A DNA stretch of 64,000 bases from Actinomycetota bacterium (GCA_039188975.1 JBCCYT010000005.1:2251-66250), one strand, 5' to 3'. Counted from the stretch's first letter, positions 51,967 to 60,826 are shown. Numbers and translations are program-made. Notes: generated by a model from the sequence alone, not told the origin.

Positions 51967-54818
51967 TCGAACTCGCCGGTATCGCCATCAGCCAGCAGGC
52001 ACTCCTCGTCGGCCTGGTCACCGGCCTGACCTACGCCGCGTTCGCCGCCGGCTTCGTGCTGATCTACCGATCGACCGGCGTGCTCAACTTCGCACACGGT
52101 GAGATGGGTGCGTTTGGCCTCGCCGTCTTCGTCCTCCTCCTCGTCAACTACGACATCAACTGGTGGCTGGCGTTCCTGCTCGCGGTTGCTGCGTGCGCGC
52201 TCGCGGGCGCCGTCGTGGAACTCGTCGTCATACGCCGCCTGTTCGACTCGCCTCGACTCGTCGTCTTGATCGCGACCATCGGAGTCGGCCAGATCCTGTT
52301 GCTCGCCCGAGTGAGCTGGATCCCCGACATCACCGCCGGCGGGTCGATCCCGACACCGTTCGACGTCACCTGGGAACCGACGAACAGCCTCCGGCTCCAA
52401 GCCCGCGAGCTGACCGTCCTCGTCGTCGTACCGCTCCTGATCGCGTGCCTTGGGCTGTTTCTCACCCGGACCCGATTCGGGTTGGCGGTTCGGGCCTCAG
52501 CAAGCAATCCCGACACCGCCCGGGTCTTTGGCACCTCGCCGCGGCGAGTCTCGACGATCGTGTGGGCGATCAGCGGTGGCTTCGCCGCAGCCACCGCAAT
52601 CCTGATCGCCCCGATCAACGGCACCCAAGCCGCGCTGGTCGACGACACCGGCCAAGCCCTCGCCGAAGTGCTGCTGCTTCGCGTCCTCATCGTGTCGCTA
52701 CTGGCGCGGATGCGTTCGCTACCCGGGGTCGTCGGTGCGGGCATCGCAGTCGGGGTGGTCGAGAAGATCGTGCGCGACAACGTCGCCACCACGAACCAGA
52801 CGATCGTCGACCTATTCCTGTTCCTCGCCGTCTTGATCGTCGTGCTCGTCCTCGCCCGCTCCCAGCGAGACACGAGCAGCTGGTCGCTCGCCCCACGCAC
52901 TCGCCCCGTCCCCGAACGGCTCCGAAGCATCTGGTGGGTGCGCCACCTCAACCACATCGGGTTCATCGGGCTCTTCACGTTTCTGGGGGTCTTGCCGCTC
53001 GCCGTCACTACCAACGCGGGACTGTTCACGTGGAGCATCATCCTGATCTGGGCGATGGTCGCGCTGTCGCTCACGATCCTCACCGGCTGGTCGGGTCAGC
53101 TCTCACTCGGACAGTTTGCGTTCGTCGGTGTCGGCGGGCTCACCACGGTTGCCTTGAGCCGAGGTCACGATCTGCCGGTGCCGTTCGATCTGTTCGACGT
53201 CTCGGTCGAACTCCCGTGGGGTCTGTCGGTGCTTGGCGGAACGATCGCCGGAATCGTCTTCGCCATGATCGTCGGCATCCCGGCGCTTCGCGTCCGAGGC
53301 CTGTTCCTCACCGTCGCAACCCTCGCCTTCGCCGTCGCCTCGGCGCGCTGGCTGTTCGTGCAAGACGTCTTCACCGGTGGCAGCAGCATCCCCCGACCGA
53401 CACAACCACCGAAACTGTTCGGAATCGACTTCGATCAGAGCCGAACGAACCTCTACTACCTCTGCCTCGGATCCTTGGTCGCCATGTCGTGGATCGCGGC
53501 TCGGATTCGGGCCACCGGCATCGGTCGCACACTCATCGCCGTGCGAGACAACGAAGACATGGCCGCAGCCTCGACCGTTCCGCCCGCCCGGGTCAAGCTC
53601 GCCGCCTTCGCCGTCTCCGGCGGCATGGCTGCGTTCGCCGGCGGACTCCTCGTCTCCGTTGTCCCCAGCATCGAACCCAGCACGACCTTCGCCGCAGCGG
53701 AGTCGATCCAGGTCGTCGTGGTGGCGATCATCGGCGGACTCGGCTCGGTCGCGGGCCCCGTCCTCGGTGCGCTGTGGGTACGGGGTATCCCCGAAATCAC
53801 CCCCGAAGCGCTGCTCGACCTGCAGCGCCTCTTCACCTCCAACATCGGGCTCCTCGTGCTGCTGATGTACTTCCCGGGAGGCCTCCTGCAGGTCGTGTAC
53901 CTCGGGCGAGACCGGCTCCTGAAGCGGGCCGAAGCGCGCCTGCCCGAGCCGGAAACTCCCACAGCGACCCCGGCCGTCGCGAAGCGACCACCGGCCCGCC
54001 CCGAGCGCCCGGCACTCGCAGATGCCACCTCGGCGCTCGCCGCCCGCGACATCGACGTTCGCTTCGGAGGCAACATCGCCGTCGACGGCGTGAGCTTCGA
54101 CGTCGCGCCCGGCGAACTGGTCGGACTCATCGGCACCAACGGCGCCGGGAAATCAACACTCCTCAACGCAATCAGCGGCTTCGTCCCCGCAACGGGAACC
54201 ATCTCGGTTCGGGGCGTCGACGTCAGCGGCCTCGACGCAGCACAACGCCATCGCGTCGGGCTCGGACGCGGATTCCAAGACGCACGGCTCTACCCCGACC
54301 TCACCGTTCGCGAGTGCCTCCAGGTTGCCCTCGAAGCCCGGCAACGGTCACCGTTCGTCGCATCGATGCTTGGCCTCCCACCATCAGGACGCCGCGAACG
54401 ATCGAAGCGGGCCGACGCCGACGACATCATCGACTACCTCGGACTCGGCCGCTACGCCGATCAAGCCACCGGCAACCTGTCCACCGGCACCCGCCGCATC
54501 GTCGAACTGGGCAGCCTCCTCGCAGTCGACGCCCAGATCCTCCTGCTCGACGAACCCACCGGCGGAGTCGCCCAACGAGAAACCGAAGCGTTCGGGCCGC
54601 TGATCAAACGAATCCAAGCCGAGCTCGACGCCGCCGTCGTCGTCATCGAACACGACATGCCACTCGTCATGAGCATCTCCGACCGGGTCTACTGCCTCGA
54701 AGCCGGCACCATCATCGCCCAAGGCACCCCCGACGCCGTTCGCAACAACCCCGACGTCATCTCCAGCTACCTCGGCACCGACGAACGCGCCATCCAACGC
54801 TCCAACGCGCCGAACTGA
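51963..54818 (+). CDS. Fusion protein: LivH-like permease plus LivM-like permease plus LivG-type ABC ATPase
   Basis: 951-aa ORF whose start overlaps the upstream stop (ATGA). LivH-like N-terminus (YRSTGVLNFAHGEMGAFG), LivM-like middle (GQLSLGQFAFVGVGG) and NBD (GTNGAGKST, LLLDEPTGG, IEHDM). Confidence 0.85.
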   Translation: MIELAGIAISQQALLVGLVTGLTYAAFAAGFVLIYRSTGVLNFAHGEMGAFGLAVFVLLLVNYDINWWLAFLLAVAACALAGAVVELVVIRRLFDSPRLVVLIATIGVGQILLLARVSWIPDITAGGSIPTPFDVTWEPTNSLRLQARELTVLVVVPLLIACLGLFLTRTRFGLAVRASASNPDTARVFGTSPRRVSTIVWAISGGFAAATAILIAPINGTQAALVDDTGQALAEVLLLRVLIVSLLARMRSLPGVVGAGIAVGVVEKIVRDNVATTNQTIVDLFLFLAVLIVVLVLARSQRDTSSWSLAPRTRPVPERLRSIWWVRHLNHIGFIGLFTFLGVLPLAVTTNAGLFTWSIILIWAMVALSLTILTGWSGQLSLGQFAFVGVGGLTTVALSRGHDLPVPFDLFDVSVELPWGLSVLGGTIAGIVFAMIVGIPALRVRGLFLTVATLAFAVASARWLFVQDVFTGGSSIPRPTQPPKLFGIDFDQSRTNLYYLCLGSLVAMSWIAARIRATGIGRTLIAVRDNEDMAAASTVPPARVKLAAFAVSGGMAAFAGGLLVSVVPSIEPSTTFAAAESIQVVVVAIIGGLGSVAGPVLGALWVRGIPEITPEALLDLQRLFTSNIGLLVLLMYFPGGLLQVVYLGRDRLLKRAEARLPEPETPTATPAVAKRPPARPERPALADATSALAARDIDVRFGGNIAVDGVSFDVAPGELVGLIGTNGAGKSTLLNAISGFVPATGTISVRGVDVSGLDAAQRHRVGLGRGFQDARLYPDLTVRECLQVALEARQRSPFVASMLGLPPSGRRERSKRADADDIIDYLGLGRYADQATGNLSTGTRRIVELGSLLAVDAQILLLDEPTGGVAQRETEAFGPLIKRIQAELDAAVVVIEHDMPLVMSISDRVYCLEAGTIIAQGTPDAVRNNPDVISSYLGTDERAIQRSNAPN

Positions 54819-54821
54819 CCC

Positions 54822-54886
54822 GCCTACGGCACGGTGTCGTCGCGTGCCTACGGCACGGTGTCGTCGCGTGCCTACGGCACGGTGTC
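54822..54886. repeat. 24-bp tandem repeat, 2.7 copies, duplicating the stop-proximal end of the C11 peptidase gene
   Basis: GCCTACGGCACGGTGTCGTCGCGT at 54822-54845 and 54846-54869. A third partial copy at 54870-54886 contains the real stop (CTA 54872-54874). GGCACG-N9-CGTGCC hairpins span the unit junctions. Confidence 0.95.
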
Positions 54887-56857
54887 CAACGCGTTGACGG
54901 TGGAGACGTTGCCAGCGAAGTCATACACATTCAGCTCCGCGTACACGAGATCGCCCGACACCATCGGCTCGAAGTCGTAGAGCAGCTCCGGCAGCGACGC
55001 AAACAAGCCGACGTCGCTCGTCGTGATCCACTCGAGCGTGCCGTCGGGATACAGATTCAAAACCCGCGGATAGATCAGCCCGTTCGGATCGGCGACGAGC
55101 TCGCCGAACGTCCCCCCATCGGTGATCTCGTAATAGGTCTCCGACAAAATCTCCCCGACCGACGGGTCGTAGATGATCGTCAAAATCACATCGTGGGCCG
55201 GATCATCCGTACCGAACTCCTCCGGCGGTACATACGCCAGCGGAACATCGACCAGCCAGATGCCCTCATCATCGATCGTCAGATCGAAATAGCCGACTGC
55301 AGAATCGCCAACCGAGTCGGTCAACGTCAACACGGTCAGGTCATAGATACCCAGCACCTCACCGGTGTCATCGAACGTGATCGCCGGTTCCTCGCCGAAA
55401 TAGATGATCGAATCGTCAGACTCGTCGATCGTGCCGTACGCGATCGTGACATCCACCGCATTGGCCAGCTCGTCGACCCCGAGCTCGGCGATCAGGTTGT
55501 AGCCGTCCTCGTCGAAGAAGCTCACGACTTCGCCACTCGGATCGAACGTCGCCAGCTCGTCCGCGGCGATGTTCTCCCCGGCCTGGTAGTACGCCGACAG
55601 CGCATCGCCCCACGCCGGTACGCCGTCAAGGAACAGATACCCCTGACGGAAGTTCGGCGCGTACTCCGGGAAGTAGATCGCGAGTCCGGTGGCCCGATCC
55701 GTCACCGGCCCGGTCACCTGCTCGACGACCAGGGCTTCCATCGCTTGCTGAAGACCGGAGTCGTCATAGTCGGCCTCCGTCGCGATGTTGGACGCGAGCC
55801 CGCCCAGATCGATCAGGTTGCTGTCGAGATCCGGATTCGGATCCCGCCCAAATGCCAACGTACGGGCCCGAGCCCGTCCGACGTCGGGTCCAGAGCCGGG
55901 CGAGCCGAGGGCCGACCCCAGATCCTCGACCGCATCGGTCACCGCGCCCATCGCCGACAGATCGAGCAACGACAAGGTGATCGCCTCGTCAGCGCCCTCG
56001 TCTCTCGCCTGCGCGGCGTACCCCGCGATCAACGCTGAACCGACCTGTTCTGGGCTGCTGCCACCAACTCCCGCAAGGGCCCGATAGTCCCAGCCATGAC
56101 CCGGTTCGAGCTCCTGTGACGCCAGCATGTAGTCCGCATACGGGGCGACGACGCTGGCGACCTCGTAGGTCGCCATGAGGCATGCGTCGAACCCGATGAG
56201 ATCGAGGCGATCTGCCCCCGCTGCGGTCAACCCGGCACCGACGCCCGCCTGGATCTCGGCCAGATCCAACACGTCGAGACCGTCGGTCTCGTCGGGGCCC
56301 ATACCGGTCCACCCAGCACCGTGATCCCACAGGATCAGCGCCGTGTGGTCAGCGGGCCACGCCGTCATGCCGTACTCGACGAAATCGGCGAGTACCTGTT
56401 GATCACCGAGATTCAACTCGAACGAACCGTCGGACAGATCCTCGACCTCGCCATCGAGCACCCGCAAGAGCTTGGTGTCTTCGAAGTCGGCGAGACCCAA
56501 CACACCCTCGTCTGTGAATGCCGGATGCCGGTCGATCAAGGCAATGATCTCGACATCGTCGGCCGCGGCCCCTGACATCTCGACCATGTCCTCGAGCAGG
56601 AACGGTTCGAGGTCGGTGTCGCCCATCCCGTAGATCAAGAACGTCCACGACGTATCAGACGACACCGACTCGGACGTCGTAGGAATGACCGTCGTCGTGG
56701 GCGCCGCCTCGGTCGTTGTTGTCGTCGACGTTGTTGTCGTCGACTCGCTCGCCGGTTCGTCAGCGACAAGGTCGGCCAGTGCGTCTGGATCGCCCTCGGA
56801 ACAGCCAACCGCAATCAGTGCGGAAACGAGCAACGCAACGCCACAACGTCGGATCAT
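54872..56857 (-). CDS. Clostripain-like (peptidase C11) lipoprotein with a large C-terminal extension
   Basis: Track ORF 54872..57280. The real start is ATG 56857 (MIRRCGVALLVSALIAVG/CSEG lipobox, GAGGTGG upstream). Thr-rich linker. Catalytic His block LILWDHGAGW and Cys block IGFDACLMA, as in C11 peptidases. ~330 further residues of unknown fold. Confidence 0.8.
   Translation of the reverse strand: MIRRCGVALLVSALIAVGCSEGDPDALADLVADEPASESTTTTSTTTTTEAAPTTTVIPTTSESVSSDTSWTFLIYGMGDTDLEPFLLEDMVEMSGAAADDVEIIALIDRHPAFTDEGVLGLADFEDTKLLRVLDGEVEDLSDGSFELNLGDQQVLADFVEYGMTAWPADHTALILWDHGAGWTGMGPDETDGLDVLDLAEIQAGVGAGLTAAGADRLDLIGFDACLMATYEVASVVAPYADYMLASQELEPGHGWDYRALAGVGGSSPEQVGSALIAGYAAQARDEGADEAITLSLLDLSAMGAVTDAVEDLGSALGSPGSGPDVGRARARTLAFGRDPNPDLDSNLIDLGGLASNIATEADYDDSGLQQAMEALVVEQVTGPVTDRATGLAIYFPEYAPNFRQGYLFLDGVPAWGDALSAYYQAGENIAADELATFDPSGEVVSFFDEDGYNLIAELGVDELANAVDVTIAYGTIDESDDSIIYFGEEPAITFDDTGEVLGIYDLTVLTLTDSVGDSAVGYFDLTIDDEGIWLVDVPLAYVPPEEFGTDDPAHDVILTIIYDPSVGEILSETYYEITDGGTFGELVADPNGLIYPRVLNLYPDGTLEWITTSDVGLFASLPELLYDFEPMVSGDLVYAELNVYDFAGNVSTVNALDTVP
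56714..56743. repeat. Perfect 15-bp tandem duplication (x2) inside the Thr-rich linker of the C11 peptidase gene
   Basis: CGTTGTTGTCGTCGA occurs twice back to back. On the minus strand this encodes STTTT-STTTT. Confidence 0.95.
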
Positions 56858-56916
56858 GGGGAGCCACCTCACAGATCGGGTCCGGCCGCAGTCGTAACAC
56901 ACCCGACGGCGGGTGG

Positions 56917-58473
56917 TCACGATGGCGGTGGCCGGCGGTCGTCGGCGCACATGGCCATGGCGACATTGCGGCCGCTCACCCCCCACACACCGGCGCCCGG
57001 ATAGGTACCCGCACCGCACAGATACAAGCCAGTGAGCGGGGTGCGGTACCGGGTCAGCTCGCGTTGGCGCCCCACGACGACGTCGAGTGGTGTGCCAACC
57101 CACGACGGGGCGTACCCGCGCCGCATCGAAAACTGCTCTTCGTAGTCGACCGGCGTCATGACACGCCACTCGCCGATGCCCTCGGCCCAGCTGGGTTGGA
57201 CCGTTTCGGCGAAGCGGTCGATCCAACGTTTCGGCTCGCTGGACCCCTCCCAACCTCCGTCGAGGTCGTAGGGCGTCCACAGCACTTCGAGGCTGAGGAG
57301 ATGATGCTCCTCGTCGGGACGCATGGTCGGATCGGGAACCGACGGGGTGTTGACCAGCATTGCCGGGTCGGTCCCGATCCGACCGCGAGCCGCATCCGCA
57401 TGCATCGCGCTGAGCGTCGCAACGTCCGGTCCGATCGCAAGCGTTGGTGCCGTCGGATCACCCAGGTCGGTGAGATCGGTCGCCGCCTGCAGCACCGGTG
57501 GCGCTTCCATGACGAGGTCGATCTTCGATTCGTACCCATCGTGGGTGGGTTGGCCAGACCACCGGGCGCGCGCCGCAGCGGCGGCGCGGCCGGGAACGCC
57601 GTCGAGCCAGTCGACCAGCACGACAGAGGGGTCGATCGCAGCCACGACTCGTGTTGCTGACCGTTCGCCGCCCTCGGTGGTCCGAACGCCGACGACGGCG
57701 TCACCACGACACAACAACGCCTCGACCCGGGTATCGACCTCGAATCGGGCACCGGCCGCTTCGGCTGAGCGACGAAGCGCGTCGGTGAGGGCACCACTAC
57801 CGCCCACGGGCCGACCGACCGGCACGAGGTGTTTCGTCGCGTAGGCGAGTGCTGCCAGTCCCGTGCCCGGCATCTGGGGGTCAACTCCCCACACCACCGG
57901 TCCGGTGATGAGGGCAGGGACAATCAAATCCTCGTCGTCGAAATACGCCCGCAGGACGTCCGCGGCTGAGCGTTTCGCGAGCCGAAGAACGGTCGCCAGT
58001 CCGGCCGCCCGCCGCCGAAGGGTGTGTTGGATGGTGGTTCTCGCCGATGGCGGCTTCACCGACACATCGAGCAGCAGGCGAGCTGCAGGGAGGAGGTCAT
58101 TCAGATAGCGCCGGTAGCCATCGACCGCGTGGGGATGGGTCCGGGCCAGACCCGCAAGCGTTCGCTCGGCATCGTGAAAGTGGAACCACGGCGAGCCGTT
58201 CCAACGCATCCCGAGATACGAGGGCTCGAGATCGATGTACGACAGTCCGTGGGTGCTCAAGTCGAGCTCGTCGTGCACGGGCGTTGCCCGCACGAAGATG
58301 TGGTCGCAATTGCAAATGTTGACTCGGGCACCGACGGCATCGACCGTGCTTGCGCAGCCGCCCGTGTGCGGTCGAGCTTCGAGCACGGTCACGTCGTAGC
58401 CCGATCGAGCCAGGTACGCCGCCGCGGTGAGACCGTTGTGACCCCCACCGACGACGAGGACATCATCGGGCAT
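56917..58473 (-). CDS. Phytoene-desaturase-family NAD(P)/FAD-dependent oxidoreductase (CrtI-like)
   Basis: 518-aa ORF. N-terminal dinucleotide fold VLVVGGGHNGLTAAAYLARSGYDVTVLEA and the C-terminal LYLCGAGTYPGAGV block. Confidence 0.85.
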   Translation of the reverse strand: MPDDVLVVGGGHNGLTAAAYLARSGYDVTVLEARPHTGGCASTVDAVGARVNICNCDHIFVRATPVHDELDLSTHGLSYIDLEPSYLGMRWNGSPWFHFHDAERTLAGLARTHPHAVDGYRRYLNDLLPAARLLLDVSVKPPSARTTIQHTLRRRAAGLATVLRLAKRSAADVLRAYFDDEDLIVPALITGPVVWGVDPQMPGTGLAALAYATKHLVPVGRPVGGSGALTDALRRSAEAAGARFEVDTRVEALLCRGDAVVGVRTTEGGERSATRVVAAIDPSVVLVDWLDGVPGRAAAAARARWSGQPTHDGYESKIDLVMEAPPVLQAATDLTDLGDPTAPTLAIGPDVATLSAMHADAARGRIGTDPAMLVNTPSVPDPTMRPDEEHHLLSLEVLWTPYDLDGGWEGSSEPKRWIDRFAETVQPSWAEGIGEWRVMTPVDYEEQFSMRRGYAPSWVGTPLDVVVGRQRELTRYRTPLTGLYLCGAGTYPGAGVWGVSGRNVAMAMCADDRRPPPS

Positions 58474-58534
58474 CGTGCACCGCCATCTGACCGAGACCGC
58501 CTCGACGGGGCGGTCGGTTGGCTAGGGTGCCGCG

Positions 58535-59320
58535 ATGCCCGGCCGCCTCCACGAGCTCAGCGGACCCGAGATTCAGGAAAAGCTCTCGTCGTCGTCGATC
58601 GTGCTCGTACCGATCGGTGCGATCGAACAGCACGGTCCGCACCTGCCGATGATCGTCGACTACCTGATCGCCGATGAGGTCGCGCAAGCCGTCGTCGATC
58701 GTGCCAGCGACGACCTCGATGTGTGGATGGTGCCGACGCTCCCGTTTTCCAAGTCCGACGAGCACGCGTGGTCGCCCGGCACCATGTGGCTGAGCCGAGA
58801 CACCTCGCAACGGGTGCTCGACGACCTCGCCGCTCGCGTGGCGGAGATGGGAGTGCAACGGCTCGTGTTCTTGAATGGACACGGTGGCAACTCCACCATG
58901 CTGAACGTCGCATGCCGAGAAGCCCGTCGACGGCACGGTCTGTTGACGTTCCTGGTCCACCCGTTCGCGCCGCCGGCCTACTCGCCACCGAGCGCAGTCG
59001 ACACCGGAGAACTGGGCATGGGGATCCATGGCGGCTACGACGAGACATCGGTGGTCATGCACCTGCGCCCCGAGCTGGTGAAGCTCGACCGAGCGGTTCG
59101 CAACGTCCCGGAGTGGCTGGCCGACAACGAGCACGTCCGGTTCGGCGGATCGACCCAGTTCGGATGGATGTCTGACGACTTCGGCCCGCACGGACACATC
59201 GGTGATCCGACCGGGGCGACGGCCCAAGCGGGAGAACGGCTCTTCGAGCAGGCCGTGGGCCACGTGTTGGCCAGCCTCGGGGAAATTGCCACCTTTGACT
59301 TCCCGGATCGGGAGCCGTAG
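58535..59320 (+). CDS. Creatininase-family amidohydrolase
   Basis: 261-aa ORF. VLVPIGAIEQHGPHLP, FLNGHGGN and GIHGG blocks of the creatinine amidohydrolase family. That family also contains MftE-type and formamide hydrolases. Confidence 0.85.
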   Translation: MPGRLHELSGPEIQEKLSSSSIVLVPIGAIEQHGPHLPMIVDYLIADEVAQAVVDRASDDLDVWMVPTLPFSKSDEHAWSPGTMWLSRDTSQRVLDDLAARVAEMGVQRLVFLNGHGGNSTMLNVACREARRRHGLLTFLVHPFAPPAYSPPSAVDTGELGMGIHGGYDETSVVMHLRPELVKLDRAVRNVPEWLADNEHVRFGGSTQFGWMSDDFGPHGHIGDPTGATAQAGERLFEQAVGHVLASLGEIATFDFPDREP

Positions 59321-59323
59321 CCG

Positions 59324-59710
59324 ATGCCCAATCGTGCTGTCGACCCGACCGGGATTGCGCCTCCCGCCGCTGCGTACGTGCACGGTGTCGTGAGCGACGG
59401 ACCCGCGCGGCTCCTCCACACCAGTGGTGTCGTCCCGACCGCTCCGGATGGGACGGTGGCGAGCGATGTCGGCGCGCAAGCCGATGAGATCTGGCGAACG
59501 ATCTCGGCGTTGCTCACCGATGCCGACATGGCGACGACCGACATCGTGTCGGTGACGACCTATGTCGTCCCCGGGCAGGACCTCGGGCTCGTCATGGCGG
59601 CCCGGGATGCCGTGCTCGGCGGCCACCTGGCTGCCTCGACGCTCGTGATCGTCGCTGCCCTCGCCCGCCCGGAATGGCTGATGGAAGTCGCCATCGTGGC
59701 GGCTCGCTGA
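59324..59710 (+). CDS. RidA/YjgF-family reactive-intermediate deaminase-like protein
   Basis: 128-aa ORF of the right size, with a C-terminal ...PEWLMEVAIVA pattern typical of RidA-like proteins. The start is 3 nt after the previous stop. Confidence 0.7.
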   Translation: MPNRAVDPTGIAPPAAAYVHGVVSDGPARLLHTSGVVPTAPDGTVASDVGAQADEIWRTISALLTDADMATTDIVSVTTYVVPGQDLGLVMAARDAVLGGHLAASTLVIVAALARPEWLMEVAIVAAR

Positions 59711-59713
59711 GCG

Positions 59714-60265
59714 ATGGAGATCCTGCTCGTCGATGGCTTCGAAGGTGACGACGCGGTCGTCGCGACCGCGAGAGCGGTCCTCGAAGCCAACGGTCACACC
59801 GTGCATGTGATCGACCTTGCGGCCGACGACTTCCGCATCCACATGACGATGGAGGAACGTCGCCTCTACCACGACGAAGGCGAAAACCTGCTCGATCCCC
59901 AGGCTCAGGCCGCCGCCGACCTGTTGCCCGACGTTCAGGGTGTGCTGTTTTGCTGTCCCCATGTCACGTTTGGCGTGCCCGCCCGAGTGAAGGGCTTCCT
60001 CGACCGGGTCTTCATTCCGGGGGTCGCGTTCACGTTCGATGATGCCGACAAGCTCGACCCGAAGTTGCGGCACATCCGCCGCGTCGGCCTCATCACCCGA
60101 AGCCCGCACGACGCTCGCACGGTTCGCCGGGCTCGAGACGGCGCTCGCCGCTACATCTTGTGGACGGTGCGGCTCAACTGTTCGTGGTTCGCACGTCGCA
60201 CCCATGTGCGACTTCGGCCCGAGGAGTCGACCGAGCGGGTGAGTGCTGCGCTTCGCCGATGGTGA
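59714..60265 (+). CDS. Flavodoxin_2-like NAD(P)H-dependent oxidoreductase
   Basis: 183-aa ORF. The layout MEILLVDGF...VHVIDL...LFCCPHVTFGVPARVKGFLDRVF resembles NQO/MdaB-type flavoproteins. Confidence 0.7.
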   Translation: MEILLVDGFEGDDAVVATARAVLEANGHTVHVIDLAADDFRIHMTMEERRLYHDEGENLLDPQAQAAADLLPDVQGVLFCCPHVTFGVPARVKGFLDRVFIPGVAFTFDDADKLDPKLRHIRRVGLITRSPHDARTVRRARDGARRYILWTVRLNCSWFARRTHVRLRPEESTERVSAALRRW

Positions 60266-60296
60266 TCCGGCGCCTACCTGGGCCGAAGGCGATCGT

Positions 60297-60821
60297 TCAG
60301 ACACTGGCGACGCGTGCGCCGGCCGAGGCTCGGGCCTGCACGTGATCGAGAAACACCTGCCGGTCGGCGTCGTCGCAGAAGTCGATCTTGTAGAGCGCCA
60401 ACCACTCGAACGTCGCACCCGTTGCGCATAGCGGCGTGAGCACTCGGCGATAGAGCTGTCGACCCGGTTCGCCCTGGAGACGGTTGATGAGCGCCGAGGA
60501 TCCGTGGGTCGTGACCGCAGTCAGCCGGGTGATGTTCGCAAGCGGCGACGTGGTCGGGGCGCCCTCGTCGATCCAGGGGCCCAGCGTGCGCTGGATCCAG
60601 TCGAGCAGCACCGCCGGTTGGCCGCCCCACCAGGTGGGATGCACGAACCACAGTTCGTCGGTCGCGGCGAGTTCATCGGCGGTCGGGCCGGGCTCGGTCG
60701 CGTCGCCGATGCGATGCAGGATTGGTTCGCCTCGCTCTGCCAGCCCGACGAGCACCGATGCGAGGATCGCTCCGCTGTAGCTCTCGGGTACCGGGTGGGC
60801 ATGAACGACGCGGATCGACAT
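60297..60821 (-). CDS. Flavodoxin_2-like NAD(P)H-dependent oxidoreductase (probable flavin reductase partner of the LLM oxygenase)
   Basis: 174-aa ORF. MSIRVVHAHP...LWFVHPTWWGGQPAVLLDWIQR. Lies 5 nt downstream of the LLM gene on the same strand. Confidence 0.7.
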   Translation of the reverse strand: MSIRVVHAHPVPESYSGAILASVLVGLAERGEPILHRIGDATEPGPTADELAATDELWFVHPTWWGGQPAVLLDWIQRTLGPWIDEGAPTTSPLANITRLTAVTTHGSSALINRLQGEPGRQLYRRVLTPLCATGATFEWLALYKIDFCDDADRQVFLDHVQARASAGARVASV

Positions 60822-60826
60822 GACGG

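Noticed and set aside
52163-56038. Stop-free ORF of 1291 aa on the plus strand, the longest in the track
   Set aside because: It is an out-of-frame read over the LivHMG fusion gene that continues antisense through the C11 peptidase gene. Its translation is dominated by Arg/Pro/Gly/His runs (RRRRHRTRHATRHEHLRPG...), typical of wrong-frame sequence in high-GC DNA. Both overlapped genes have clear family motifs in other frames.
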